Assembly: GCA_023382875.1 (NCBI GenBank)
Contig: JAHDXH010000002.1
Location: forward strand, 5,724 to 69,723
Direction of reading: 5' to 3'
DNA: 64,000 nucleotides
DNA from: Patescibacteria group bacterium
Lineage (GTDB): Bacteria > Patescibacteriota > Microgenomatia > UBA1400 > PJMF01
Part shown: in pieces, positions 27,447 through 37,481 of the stretch
Position numbering within the stretch: position 1 is the stretch's first letter
Layout of the letters: every line of letters starts with the position of its first letter
Program-made: the position numbers and the translations under genes
The notes under the pieces: model-generated
The model's database searches: none
Told to the model about the DNA's origin: nothing
The model's input: only the letters and a program-made list of their open reading frames with translations

Positions 27447-28238
27447 ATGGACAAGCAACGTTTTTTACATCACTATCTCAATCTTCAACTCGGTATTTTG
27501 TTTGATCAAATTAAGCCGGTCGCTGATTCATGGTTTTGTTCTAATGCCTCTGGCGAAACACCTTTTTGGAATCAGGCTGTAGCTTTTGAACCATTAACCG
27601 ATGTCCAAATAGATCGAATTGAAGCCGAGTTTGAAAAGATCAAGAGAACACCAGCTTTTTACTTACCACAACAAGATAATTTGGCAGATTTTTCTTTGGC
27701 ACTTAAAAATCAGGGTTATGAAACTAAAACCAGCGAAGTTTTTATGTTCCATGATGGCAAAAATGTACCTGTTTTGAACTTTGATTCTTTAAAAAAAGTT
27801 AGTTCAGAGACCGAACTCGAAACTTTTATGAAAATTTTTGATGATTGTTATCGTAGTGAAGACGAAAAAGCGGGTCGAGGTAGTGGCTTTAATCAATGTT
27901 TACAATCCACCAAGGATGATTGGTATCGTTTTCACAAAAACAACCGCGTCGAGTTTTTCATTTTATACTTTGAAAATAAACCCGTTGGAATTATTTCCTT
28001 AACCAATTATGAAGATATGGGCTATATCTCTAATATCGGTGTTTTACCAGCTTATAGAGGTTTGGGTCTTGGTAAACAAATTACACTCTTTGGAGTAGAG
28101 ATGTCCAAAAAACATGGCAACCAAACGCATTTTTTAATTGCAGAGCAAGGTGCTGCGCCAGAAAAAATCTACGAAAAAATTGGTTTTGAATCGAAGTTGG
28201 TTTGTGACTTGTTAGTTAAAGAAAAATTAGCAGTCTAA
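27447..28238 (+). CDS. GNAT family N-acetyltransferase
   Basis: IGVLPAYRGLGLGK acetyl-CoA motif and IYEKIGF; start moved to ATG 27447. Confidence 0.85.
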   Translation: MDKQRFLHHYLNLQLGILFDQIKPVADSWFCSNASGETPFWNQAVAFEPLTDVQIDRIEAEFEKIKRTPAFYLPQQDNLADFSLALKNQGYETKTSEVFMFHDGKNVPVLNFDSLKKVSSETELETFMKIFDDCYRSEDEKAGRGSGFNQCLQSTKDDWYRFHKNNRVEFFILYFENKPVGIISLTNYEDMGYISNIGVLPAYRGLGLGKQITLFGVEMSKKHGNQTHFLIAEQGAAPEKIYEKIGFESKLVCDLLVKEKLAV

Positions 28239-28253
28239 GCCGGTGATTGACAA
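28227..28253 (+). promoter_or_regulatory. Degenerate CIRCE (HrcA operator) overlapping a TTGACA -35
   Basis: TTAGCAGTC-N9-GATTGACAA against consensus TTAGCACTC-N9-GAGTGCTAA, upstream of hsp20. Confidence 0.5.
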
Positions 28254-28319
28254 AATTTCATCTTTTTAGTAAAAAAGTAGTTGATTATTAATTAACCTTA
28301 ATAGAAAGGAAACATTGAT

Positions 28320-28733
28320 ATGTCAATTACAAGTTTAACTCCTGTTTTAAGTTCTTTGGGTAGATGGCCTAGCTTCTGGGACGATGATTTTTCATCGTTG
28401 ATGACCACCGCGTCTAACAACCTCGATATTTACGAAACCGAAAAAGAAGTGGTGGTCAAAGCTAATGTTGCCGGCGTGCCTTCAGATAAAATAGACGTCA
28501 CCTTTGAGAAAGGTGTGCTGTGGATTAAGGCCGACCAAGTTAAAGAGGAAGATGACGAAAAGAAAAAACACTACTCACGTTCTTCTTGGAGCTATTCATA
28601 TAAGATAGCTGTTCCTGGTAGACTTGATCCAAACGCTGAGCCAGATGCAGCGGTGGAAAATGGTGTTATGACTGTCACTTTCAAAAAAGCTGAAGAAGTC
28701 TTGCCAAAGAAACTCAATGTGAGGACAAAATAA
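28320..28733 (+). CDS. Hsp20/alpha-crystallin small heat shock protein
   Basis: DIYETEKEVVVKANVAG, A..ENGVMTVTF.K. Confidence 0.9.
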   Translation: MSITSLTPVLSSLGRWPSFWDDDFSSLMTTASNNLDIYETEKEVVVKANVAGVPSDKIDVTFEKGVLWIKADQVKEEDDEKKKHYSRSSWSYSYKIAVPGRLDPNAEPDAAVENGVMTVTFKKAEEVLPKKLNVRTK

Positions 28734-28758
28734 AAACTAAGTATTTGACTTAGATCTT

Positions 28759-28786
28759 AAAAAGCGCCCATTGTTGGGCGCTTTTT
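28759..28786 (+). terminator. Intrinsic terminator
   Basis: AAAAAGCGCCCA/TGGGCGCTTTTT. Confidence 0.8.
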
Positions 28787-28829
28787 GGTATAATTACCAA
28801 ATCGCTCGCATTGTTTTAAGGACAAAATC

Positions 28830-29072
28830 ATGAAACAAGCAGAGATATTTGGTGGTTTGTCTGGAGTTTCGCTGATGATTATGATTGTTTGCTTCGCTCT
28901 TTTGGGTATGAAGCAACCAATAACTCTGGGCAATGTGGTGCTGGGAATGATAATTCTTTCCGGCGGCAGTGTTTTAATTGGTGGTGGACTGTTTGTCGTT
29001 TTGGTAATTTGCTTTGGTCTCCTCAGGAGGGAACCGGCTCAAAACGAAGTGGTAGAAGATTACTACTACTAA
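28830..29072 (+). CDS. Small hypothetical membrane protein
   Basis: Two hydrophobic segments; TGgTATAAT promoter; AAGGA SD. Confidence 0.6.
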   Translation: MKQAEIFGGLSGVSLMIMIVCFALLGMKQPITLGNVVLGMIILSGGSVLIGGGLFVVLVICFGLLRREPAQNEVVEDYYY

Positions 29073-29114
29073 AAAGATAGTTTCGCCATCGTATCAAAAA
29101 AGAAACCGGCTCGA

Positions 29115-29768
29115 TCAAACAGCCGGTTTTTTGTTGGCTCGAAATTGACGGAACAGGAAAACAACCCAAGAAACAGCTTCTAGGACTAGATAAACACCAG
29201 CTGGCATCCACCAACTGCTTTGGGCATCAAAAACATGGAACATAATGGCTAGGGCAGCGACATAAGTCAATCTTTGCAAAAGTTTCCAAACACCACCTAG
29301 CATTTTCATGGAAAAATTATTAGAAATTACCCATAACAAAAAGAAAATACTAATCGCAGCGAAGCCTGTTTGGTTGTAGACAAAAAGTGAAGGAATGACG
29401 CTTTTACCAGTTGAAATTAGACTGATTAAACTGGTAAATCCTGAATGAAGTATGGCGGTGAAAAAAGCAGTAATGCCGATTTGTCTTCTAAAAATAAGCA
29501 GGAGTGACTCAATTTGTCTAAAAATTCCCAAGCGCTTGAGAATACCGGGAGTCATACTAGCTAGGAGCAAAACAACGGAAATTTCGCCAAATTTGCTGCC
29601 AATTTCACCAAACATCGGTCTAAGACTTGGATAGTTGGGATAAACCCAAAGTCCAACAATATACATTGCCACCATGGCAATATAACCAATAAAAAATATT
29701 TTTTTGACAATTTTTTGATGTTTGGCTAAAAACAGGTAAAGATCTTTTAGAAATTTCATGAATATCAT
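29115..29768 (-). CDS. Ferric reductase-like (MsrQ-like) heme-binding membrane protein
   Basis: SMTP, RRQIGI..F...ILH, SN..S...LG..WK.LQRLTY, FH. Confidence 0.75.
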   Translation of the reverse strand: MIFMKFLKDLYLFLAKHQKIVKKIFFIGYIAMVAMYIVGLWVYPNYPSLRPMFGEIGSKFGEISVVLLLASMTPGILKRLGIFRQIESLLLIFRRQIGITAFFTAILHSGFTSLISLISTGKSVIPSLFVYNQTGFAAISIFFLLWVISNNFSMKMLGGVWKLLQRLTYVAALAIMFHVFDAQSSWWMPAGVYLVLEAVSWVVFLFRQFRANKKPAV

Positions 29769-29788
29769 TATTCCCCACTTTTGCTTTT

Positions 29789-30487
29789 TTAGGAATAGTC
29801 TCCCCTTAATTCGAGTGGCAAGATCCTAGCTAGCTGACTCATGTAGTAATTAGTAGCTTCAATAAGTGAGCCAGCAGATGATGGTCTAATGGTTTCACCA
29901 ACTTTCAAATTGGTTTGTCCATTAGTGTGAGTTAAAGCCATGGGAATGGCTGGAAGTTGTCTACCATGAGCCAGTTTGGCAAAACTAGAATTAACTTTGC
30001 TTGAATCTAGGGTGTGAGCTCTAGTACCCATGGGAGCAATACCATAAAGGTTTCCGGGTTGAGATAAATAATGATCAGTTTTTTGTGCCAATTCTCTGAA
30101 GAGGTGAGTTTTCTCTTCATCAGAAAACCTAGCCTCATCTTTCTTTCTAATTACAGGAATGGGTACTGAACCGGTAAGTTGGCCAATCATGTCTAGGCCG
30201 ATTTTTTGCCAGCCTTGGTAGTGACTAATAGCTACAGGACCAAGCATCTTGCCTAGATTAGGAAGTTCGTTTCTCATGGCTACAGGCATAATGACAGCAT
30301 CAGATAGGCCGGAATGATAAATGAAAAGAATGGCAGAAGTAGTTAGCAGCTCTTGATTTAGTTGAGAAAGGTTTTCCTTATCTTCATCAGCTACACGTAG
30401 ATTGGCGCCGATTTTAATCAGCCAATAGGCTAGTTTTAAAATGGTATTGTTGTGGCTATTCTCCGCCGTTGGTCTCTGAATTTCCAT
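29789..30487 (-). CDS. PlsC-like lysophospholipid acyltransferase
   Basis: HSGLSD (HxxxxD), APMGTR, IPMA; start probably ATG 30487. Confidence 0.6.
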   Translation of the reverse strand: MEIQRPTAENSHNNTILKLAYWLIKIGANLRVADEDKENLSQLNQELLTTSAILFIYHSGLSDAVIMPVAMRNELPNLGKMLGPVAISHYQGWQKIGLDMIGQLTGSVPIPVIRKKDEARFSDEEKTHLFRELAQKTDHYLSQPGNLYGIAPMGTRAHTLDSSKVNSSFAKLAHGRQLPAIPMALTHTNGQTNLKVGETIRPSSAGSLIEATNYYMSQLARILPLELRGDYS

Positions 30488-31444
30488 TAGCTTGTCCTTG
30501 GCCGTTATTTTCGTTTTGCTGGCTGTTGTCGTTGCTATTGCCATTGCCTTGTCCTTGGCCGTTGTTTCTGCCATTGTTTTCCTGTTGAGGTCGCTCTTGT
30601 TGTTGAGGGGGTTCTGATTCTTGTGGTTGGCTTTCTACGCTGGTTGTATTGGGAATGTTTTGAGCTTCTTGCTCTAGTTCCTCAATAACTTGATCAATTT
30701 CTTCTTGGGTATCATTAATATTTTCTACAACATCTGGCTGAATAATTTCTTCCTCTGGAGGTTGAGCGGTTGGTGTGACTGGAGAATTAGTGGGATTTGT
30801 AGTCGGAATAGCAGGTTGTTGAGTAGCTGTGGGCTGAGTTGTAATAGGTTGGGTGGTGGTTGGTCTTGTATTGGTGTTGCCGCCAGTCGCCGGTGGGTTT
30901 TGGTAGTAATAATTATTTGTAACATTATTTACGACAGGGCGAGTTGTTTGGGGTTGGGTGGTGGTTGGGGTGGTAGTTGTTTGTCTGGGGTTAACGATTT
31001 TGTAGCTGGTTGTAGTTTTTTGTTGGGGTGGTAAATAAGAAATAGCTCGGTTAACTTTTTGTTCTTCAAGTTGGGTAGTAACCTGGTGAAGTGTTTCGAT
31101 ATATTTGGCGATAGCTTCTTTTTTGGCTTGTTCGTCGGTGATGCCTGATAAAGACTTACGTGTAGCCTCAATCTGCATGGTTAGATTATCCAAACTTTCT
31201 TTGGCGTGAACTCCTGATAAAACTTTGGTTACTTCGCCCATGCGACGTTCAGTTAATTTGAAATTTGTTGTAGATTGAAGTTGACTTGATGGACTAATCG
31301 CAAGTAAAAGCACTTTTTCCATGGCTAGTTTCATGCCATATGTGCTATCACCAGGAACAGCATCCAAGATGCTAGTGCCATACCACTAGGAGCCATTAAA
31401 CTGAAAAAAACTATCCACAAGAAAATGTTTAAATTGCGATTCAT
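30456..31444 (-). pseudogene. DUF5667-like surface protein with a 1-nt frameshift after codon 27 (pseudogene or sequence error)
   Basis: MNRNLNIFLWIVFFSLMAPSGMALASW lies in one frame and DAVPGDSTYGMKLAME in another; one G is missing at about 31364. Confidence 0.65.
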
Positions 31445-31494
31445 TAATCTAAAAGTAGCAAGTTTGATAGGGGAATGTCAATCCAAAGCTAAAT

Positions 31495-33033
31495 TTAGTG
31501 CGGTTTTCTTAACATCATTTCGCCGCCAGAAGAAAGGCGTAAGGATTCTGCTCCCACTTTTTGTAGTCCAGCAATATCTCTGACATTCTGAAAAACGAGC
31601 GCCATGACACAGTCACCAATCAGTAAGTTCAGTTTTTGTAATATAGTAGGAATATTGCCACGACCATGTTCTAAGTGAGCTCTAGTACCTTCGCCTTCCA
31701 CATAAGGAATTAAACCAAAAGGTCCAATGCGATCGCCCATGGCTTTCATGCCGGCCGATGCTTCGCCTCGATATGGTTTCCATGGTCCTTTTCCATCATC
31801 TTCGTCTTCAAAGTACAAATATCCACCTGGCGACTCGATGGTGCCACCACCAACTGCTCTGGTGACACCAATGCCGGTGCTGCCCAAAGCAAGGGTTTGG
31901 GCCACATAATCACTGCCACCACCTTCTACTATAATAGGTATCCTAAGTTTGCCGCGCATTTCCCAAACAAGTTGAGGCCAGTTAATGCCAACTCCACTTC
32001 TTACTCCAGTGGTACAGCGTCCGCCTCCACCAATTCCTAGATAAATGCCATCTGCGCCAGCAGCTTCTAGAGCAAGTGCTTGATCTAAGTCCACGACTTG
32101 TCCCACAAAGATTTCAATTGGTTCCCAACCTTGTTTTTCTTCTAGTTGGCGTAGGGCTTGCAATGTTTCCAGTGGCCCAAGGCCTGGTTCTGGGGAATAG
32201 ATGCGGAAGGTTCTCACTCCGGTTTCATATAAAATTTTTGCTCTATCCAATGCTTTATCGCCATCTGCTTCAAGGACACCCATGACGTTGTGACGCCACA
32301 TATTGAGAAGTTTTTCCCTGGTTTCTTCGCTTTTTCCGATCAGAGCGGGGCTGTTTTCTAAAAAGGCAAACGCTTCACGAGCTAACTCGCTTTGTCGATG
32401 TGGGTCCGAGAAAAAACCATCTCTGGGGACGCCACAAAGGCTGTGTGACATGGCCATGCTGGCAATAGCAGCCGAGCTACCCCAGATATCTGGGTTGGCT
32501 GAGCCGACAAAAACATTGCGAGCTTGTCTACCAAGTTTGACAAAGGGTCCTTGTTTGAAGCGTTCAGTTCTTTTAGTTCGATCTTTATCTGCGCCAGTGG
32601 GTCTGAGGGCAAACTCATTAATACCAACTATTTCATTGGTTTTACTGTTTAGGAGCTGGTTATCGCTAGCAGCTGGTGGAATAAATTCTCCAGAATCAAC
32701 TAAGAATAGTTGTTCGATTCTTTCGGGGTGATTAAATAAATCGAGGTAATAGAGCCAAGCGCGCACAGTTAGGTTGAAAAGCTCGGGAGGTAGTTCAGTT
32801 GTTTTGAGTTTTTCTGAGTGTTCGTCGTAGTCAGTAATAACTAAGCCTTGATCTGGGTATGATTCATATGGGTCGGTAGTGCTGACTTTAGCAAAGTATT
32901 CGAGCAACCATGGCCAAAAACCTTCAGCCTGAAGAAATAAAACCAGATCTTCTATATATTGTTCGGCAACCTCTCTTTCTTTTAATAAAATTGAAAGATT
33001 TGGAATGTCAGGTTTTTTTAGCACAAAACTCAT
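31495..33033 (-). CDS. Divergent IMP dehydrogenase/GMP reductase family protein
   Basis: AGADGIYLGIGGGGRCTT, IPIIVEGG, ESPG, YRGEAS, VEG. Confidence 0.7.
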   Translation of the reverse strand: MSFVLKKPDIPNLSILLKEREVAEQYIEDLVLFLQAEGFWPWLLEYFAKVSTTDPYESYPDQGLVITDYDEHSEKLKTTELPPELFNLTVRAWLYYLDLFNHPERIEQLFLVDSGEFIPPAASDNQLLNSKTNEIVGINEFALRPTGADKDRTKRTERFKQGPFVKLGRQARNVFVGSANPDIWGSSAAIASMAMSHSLCGVPRDGFFSDPHRQSELAREAFAFLENSPALIGKSEETREKLLNMWRHNVMGVLEADGDKALDRAKILYETGVRTFRIYSPEPGLGPLETLQALRQLEEKQGWEPIEIFVGQVVDLDQALALEAAGADGIYLGIGGGGRCTTGVRSGVGINWPQLVWEMRGKLRIPIIVEGGGSDYVAQTLALGSTGIGVTRAVGGGTIESPGGYLYFEDEDDGKGPWKPYRGEASAGMKAMGDRIGPFGLIPYVEGEGTRAHLEHGRGNIPTILQKLNLLIGDCVMALVFQNVRDIAGLQKVGAESLRLSSGGEMMLRKPH

Positions 33034-33053
33034 TTTGCCAAAGAATGACTTTG

Positions 33054-33518
33054 ATGTCAAAATATATATTAGTGACAAAAAAGCATCAAAAAGAGTCATT
33101 TTCTACTTTAGATAAAGTAAATATTTTCCTTTCTCCCGCCTTAGTTTTAGCTTCCTGGTATATGTATATAGTCACTAGGGAAGACCGTTATGCTTTTGGT
33201 TCATTGATCGGTGAACATGTTAGTAATTTTTTTGGATCAGCTATGGCTATGTATTTGGCTACGACTTTGACCACTACTATAGAGAATATGGCGGAATTTG
33301 ATGAAATTAAGAAGGTGGCTCAGTTTTTGCAAGTGGTGAGCGCTATTGCTCTTTTGGGTATAAATTTGAATTTTGAAGTGTGGGATGGGAACTCGCAGAT
33401 GGTGGGAGACCTGTTTTCGGCAGTGCTAGCTATTGTTATGGTTTGGGCTAGTACGAGGCGCGCTTTGACAAAATTGGAAGCAAAACCTACAACTCACTTT
33501 GAAGACGACTTGGGGTAA
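33054..33518 (+). CDS. Hypothetical membrane protein
   Basis: Four hydrophobic segments; start moved to avoid overlap with the IMPDH-like gene. Confidence 0.55.
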   Translation: MSKYILVTKKHQKESFSTLDKVNIFLSPALVLASWYMYIVTREDRYAFGSLIGEHVSNFFGSAMAMYLATTLTTTIENMAEFDEIKKVAQFLQVVSAIALLGINLNFEVWDGNSQMVGDLFSAVLAIVMVWASTRRALTKLEAKPTTHFEDDLG

Positions 33519-33664
33519 TTTTCAAGTTTTTTCCTTATCGATCGACTTTTTTTACCCTTTTACGTTATAATAAATTCCACCTTTGCAACGAGTAGATATA
33601 CCTGATATAATCACGTCCTGTTCTTCAAAAAAGAGCAGCAAAGAAATTAAAAATATAAATTAAT

Positions 33665-33991
33665 ATGGTGAATACAGATAAGAACTCATCTTACAACATC
33701 AGAGTTAGACTCAAGGCTTACGACCACAGAGTTATTGATGAGGCATCTAAAAAAATTCTGGAAACCGTGGTATCCACTGGTGCCAACGTTGTTGGTCCTG
33801 TGCCTTTGCCAACTCATCGCAAGGAGTTCACAGTTTTAACTTCACCACACACTGATAAAAACGCTCAAGAGCATTATCAGATTAAAACACACAAGAGGTT
33901 GATTGATATTATCAACCCAACCAGTAAGACTATTGATTCTTTGATGCACCTTGACCTCCCAGCGGGTGTAGACATTCAAATCAAAATGTAA
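33665..33991 (+). CDS. rpsJ: 30S ribosomal protein S10
   Basis: [24 protein letters not shown]. Confidence 0.97.
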   Translation: MVNTDKNSSYNIRVRLKAYDHRVIDEASKKILETVVSTGANVVGPVPLPTHRKEFTVLTSPHTDKNAQEHYQIKTHKRLIDIINPTSKTIDSLMHLDLPAGVDIQIKM

Positions 33992-34101
33992 TTTATACCT
34001 AAAAATTTTTTTAGGATACAGTCTGAAAACAAACGAAAAAACAACACTAAGAATCAAGTTGATGAAACTAAGATTCTCTGAAGTAGAGAACAATAACTTA
34101 T

Positions 34102-34845
34102 ATGTTAAACCAAGTATTTGCTACCAAACTCAAAATGAGCCAGGGTTGGACAACCACAGGCAAACGCGTGGCAATCACACGCTGCCGTGTTGAAAGTAAT
34201 CTTGTTGTAGCAGAAGTTAAGTCCCCAGAAACTGATTCTAAGAAGATTTTTGAAATTGGATATGGCACCAAAAAAGCCAAAAACATGTCTAAGCCGCTAA
34301 GAACTAAACTAGAGAAGAGCGGCTTTTCTAATGGTATTTTAGGTTTGCAAGGTGTTCATCATGAAGGTGAAGACGTGAAAGTTGGTGATTCCATCAATTT
34401 GGAGCAAGTGCTCGAAGTTGGTGACATCGTCAAGGTTCAAGGAACATCAAAAGGCCGAGGTTTCGGTGGTGTTATGAAACGCCACGGATTCAAAGGTGTT
34501 GGTGGTCGCACTCATGGTCAATCAGACAGACAAAGAGCACCAGGTTCTATTGGTTCTGGTACTACTCCAGGTCGTGTTCTCAAAGGTTTGAGAATGGCTG
34601 GTCACTATGGTGTCGAAACAATCAGTATTTCTAACTTGACTGTTTTACACATTGATAGTGTCAATCAAGAAGTTTGGTTGTCTGGTCCAGTTCCAGGCTC
34701 ATTCAACTCCATCGTTCGTATTGAAAAGATGGGTAAAAAGAAAAATATTGTTTTAGACAAAAAAGCTTCAGGAATCAAAGAAGCTCCAGTAGCTGTAGAA
34801 AAAGCAGAAGCTAGTGAAGTCGCTAGTGAAGCTCAAACAAACTAA
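34102..34845 (+). CDS. rplC: 50S ribosomal protein L3
   Basis: SKGRGFGGVMKRHGF, THG, RAPGSIG. Confidence 0.97.
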   Translation: MLNQVFATKLKMSQGWTTTGKRVAITRCRVESNLVVAEVKSPETDSKKIFEIGYGTKKAKNMSKPLRTKLEKSGFSNGILGLQGVHHEGEDVKVGDSINLEQVLEVGDIVKVQGTSKGRGFGGVMKRHGFKGVGGRTHGQSDRQRAPGSIGSGTTPGRVLKGLRMAGHYGVETISISNLTVLHIDSVNQEVWLSGPVPGSFNSIVRIEKMGKKKNIVLDKKASGIKEAPVAVEKAEASEVASEAQTN

Positions 34846-35552
34846 TGAAATTAACTAAAGTTAACTTAACCGGCGCCAATAGTTCCTTAACAGCAAGTGA
34901 TGCTGTCTTTGGCTCAGTAGTCAACGAAACCTTATTGGCTCAAGCTGTTAGGGTTTATCTTTCTAACAAACGCCAAGGTACTAGTTACACTAAAACCAGA
35001 AGTGAAGTTAATCGAACCAAGAAAAAATGGTACAAACAAAAAGGTACAGGTAACGCTCGCCACGGTGCGCGTTCAGCTAACATCTTTGTTGGCGGTGGTA
35101 CCGCTCATGGACCAAAAGGTAACACTGATTGGACCTTAAAATTGACTGCAGTTTTAAAGAAAAAGGCCATGATCTCTGCTTTATCAGCTCAAGCTAGTAA
35201 AGTGATCGTGTCTGATGACATCATGAACTTGTCCGGCAAAACCAAAGAGGCAGCTGCTTTAATTACTAAAGTTGCTCCAGAAGCTGGTAAAGTTTTAGTT
35301 GTCATTAACAAGAGTGAAGAAAATGTCTTAAAGAGTTTGAGAAACTTAGAAACTGTCTTAGTTGTCTCTGCTTCCAGAGTTAACACTTTGGAAATCGTTC
35401 TCGCTGACGCAGTTATTATGACTTCTGAAGCAGTCAAAGCTCTTGAAGCTAGATTATTGGGTGAAGTCAAAGAGGTTAAAGAAGAAAAGTCAGCTGTTAA
35501 AGCAACCGCTGTCAAAACAACCAAAAAAGTAGCCGCAAAGAAAGCTGCTTAA
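34845..35552 (+). CDS. rplD: 50S ribosomal protein L4
   Basis: RQGT..TKTRSEV, QKGTGNARHG. Confidence 0.97.
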   Translation: MKLTKVNLTGANSSLTASDAVFGSVVNETLLAQAVRVYLSNKRQGTSYTKTRSEVNRTKKKWYKQKGTGNARHGARSANIFVGGGTAHGPKGNTDWTLKLTAVLKKKAMISALSAQASKVIVSDDIMNLSGKTKEAAALITKVAPEAGKVLVVINKSEENVLKSLRNLETVLVVSASRVNTLEIVLADAVIMTSEAVKALEARLLGEVKEVKEEKSAVKATAVKTTKKVAAKKAA

Positions 35553-35557
35553 TTAAT

Positions 35558-35863
35558 ATGAACGCCTACATTATTAGAAAACCAATTATTACTGAAAGAT
35601 CTTTGAGTCTCGCTCAAATGGAAAACAAATATGTTTTCGAAGTGAGTCGTTTGGCTAATAAAGATCAAATCAAAGTAGCAGTTGAAGAGTTCTTTGGCGT
35701 TGAAGTTAAAGCTGTTAACACTATTAGAAGTAATCGTTCCACCAAGAAAACTGGTAGAAAACGACAAACTGTAGTGGTTCCAGCAACTAAAAAAGCAGTT
35801 GTTGAACTCAAAAAAGGTCACAAAATTGACATGTTTGATTTCAACCCTAACGAAGAGAAATAA
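35558..35863 (+). CDS. rplW: 50S ribosomal protein L23
   Basis: PIITE, ANK.QIK.AVE, KKAVV. Confidence 0.95.
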   Translation: MNAYIIRKPIITERSLSLAQMENKYVFEVSRLANKDQIKVAVEEFFGVEVKAVNTIRSNRSTKKTGRKRQTVVVPATKKAVVELKKGHKIDMFDFNPNEEK

Positions 35864-35879
35864 ATAGATATAACTAACA

Positions 35880-36713
35880 ATGTTAAAAATCAGTAAAGCA
35901 ACCACACCAGGACGAAGACACTTAGTCAGTGTTGATCGTTCCGAACTTTACAAAGGTGAACCTGAAAAGTCACTCTTAGTTCCTGGTCACAAAAAACGAC
36001 AAGGCCGTGGTTTTAAAGGTCACGTCACTGTTCGTCATCGAGGTGGTGGTGTCAAAAAGAGACTTCGCATTATTGATTGGAAGAGAGATAAAAGAGATAT
36101 TGTTGGTCTCGTTGAAAGATTGGAATACGATCCAATGCGTTCAGCCAATATCGCTTTAGTTATCTACGCTGATGGTGAAAAAAGATATATGCTCGCACCA
36201 AACAACTTGAAAGCTGGCGACAGAGTCGTAGCTGGTCAACAAGTTGAACCAAGTGTTGGTAATGCTTTGCCCCTTAAAAACGTTCCTGTAGGTACCCCAA
36301 TTCACAATATTGAGTTGAGAATTGGTAAGGGTGGACAATTAGTTAGAGGCGCAGGTGTCTCAGCTATGGTCCAATCCAAAGAAGGTGCTTTCGTGGCTGT
36401 TTTAATGCCATCTAAGGAAATCAGATTGATAAATAGCGAATGTTTCGCTACAATCGGCCAGGTTGGAAACCTAGATCACAAAAATCAACAACTTGGTAAA
36501 GCAGGTCGCAAACGCATGATGGGTATCAGACCAACTGTTCGTGGTACTGCTCAACACCCAGATTCACATCCACACGGTGGTGGTGAAGGTAGAAGTGGTG
36601 TCGGTCTTAAATTCTCCAAAACTCCATGGGGTAGACCAGCAATGGGTAAGAAAACTCGTAAGAAGAATCATGTCAATAATAAATTCATTATTAGAGACAG
36701 AAGAAGTAAATAA
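35880..36713 (+). CDS. rplB: 50S ribosomal protein L2
   Basis: [21 protein letters not shown]. Confidence 0.97.
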   Translation: MLKISKATTPGRRHLVSVDRSELYKGEPEKSLLVPGHKKRQGRGFKGHVTVRHRGGGVKKRLRIIDWKRDKRDIVGLVERLEYDPMRSANIALVIYADGEKRYMLAPNNLKAGDRVVAGQQVEPSVGNALPLKNVPVGTPIHNIELRIGKGGQLVRGAGVSAMVQSKEGAFVAVLMPSKEIRLINSECFATIGQVGNLDHKNQQLGKAGRKRMMGIRPTVRGTAQHPDSHPHGGGEGRSGVGLKFSKTPWGRPAMGKKTRKKNHVNNKFIIRDRRSK

Positions 36714-36715
36714 AT

Positions 36716-37000
36716 ATGTCAAGATCAAGTAAAAAAGGACCATACATTGACCCAAAATTGCTTAACAAAGTGCTTAAGCAAAAAGAGTCAGGCAAGAAAG
36801 CTCCAATCAAAACCTGGAGTAGAGGTTGTACTGTTGGTCCAGATTTCGTTGGTCATACATTCATGGTTCACAATGGCAGAATCTTTTCTGAAGTTTTTGT
36901 CAATGAAGCCATGGTTGGTCACAAATTAGGTGAGTTCTCTCCAACCAGAACCTTTAGAGGTCACGGTAAAATTGTGAAGAGAACATTGACTAAGACCTAA
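36716..37000 (+). CDS. rpsS: 30S ribosomal protein S19
   Basis: [19 protein letters not shown]. Confidence 0.97.
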   Translation: MSRSSKKGPYIDPKLLNKVLKQKESGKKAPIKTWSRGCTVGPDFVGHTFMVHNGRIFSEVFVNEAMVGHKLGEFSPTRTFRGHGKIVKRTLTKT

Positions 37001-37007
37001 GGTAAAA

Positions 37008-37478
37008 ATGCAATTTAAAGTAACACAAAAAAATACCAGACAAAGTCCAAGAAAAGTTAGATTAGTGGCCAACACCATTAAGAAACTTCCTTTGGAACAA
37101 GCAATCAAGCAATTGGCTGTTATTGAGAGAAAATCCACTGTGGTTTTACTCAAGACTATCATGCAAGCTATTGCTAACGCTAAGAACAACCACGGTGTCG
37201 ACGCTGATAAGTTGGCTATCAAAGAAATTTTGGTCAATGTTGGCCCAAGTTACAAGAGATACAACGCAGTTAGTCGTGGTCGAGGTCACAGTATTCTAAA
37301 GAGAACCTGTCATATCAGTGTCACTTTAGAAGAAAAGAAAGCTGAAGTTAAACCAGCAGCTAAGGCTGAAGTTAAGACTGAAGCCGTCAAAACAGTAGAG
37401 AGTAAAAAACCAGCTGCTAAAAAAGCAACTGCTGTTAAAACAGCAAAAAAAGCAGTCGCAAAAAAAGCTGAAAAATAA
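37008..37478 (+). CDS. rplV: 50S ribosomal protein L22 with Ala/Lys-rich tail
   Basis: SPRKVRLVA, AIANA.NN, KRT.HI. Confidence 0.95.
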   Translation: MQFKVTQKNTRQSPRKVRLVANTIKKLPLEQAIKQLAVIERKSTVVLLKTIMQAIANAKNNHGVDADKLAIKEILVNVGPSYKRYNAVSRGRGHSILKRTCHISVTLEEKKAEVKPAAKAEVKTEAVKTVESKKPAAKKATAVKTAKKAVAKKAEK

Positions 37479-37481
37479 AAT

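Noticed and set aside
30480-31030. Low-complexity repeats resembling an array
   Set aside because: They encode Thr/Gln/Asn/Pro linkers of the DUF5667-like protein; no CRISPR-like repeat-spacer periodicity was seen anywhere in the window
33992-34101. Hairpins between rpsJ and rplC as a ribosomal autoregulatory leader
   Set aside because: Two weak AT-rich hairpins are visible but match no leader I can recognise; comparative data would be needed
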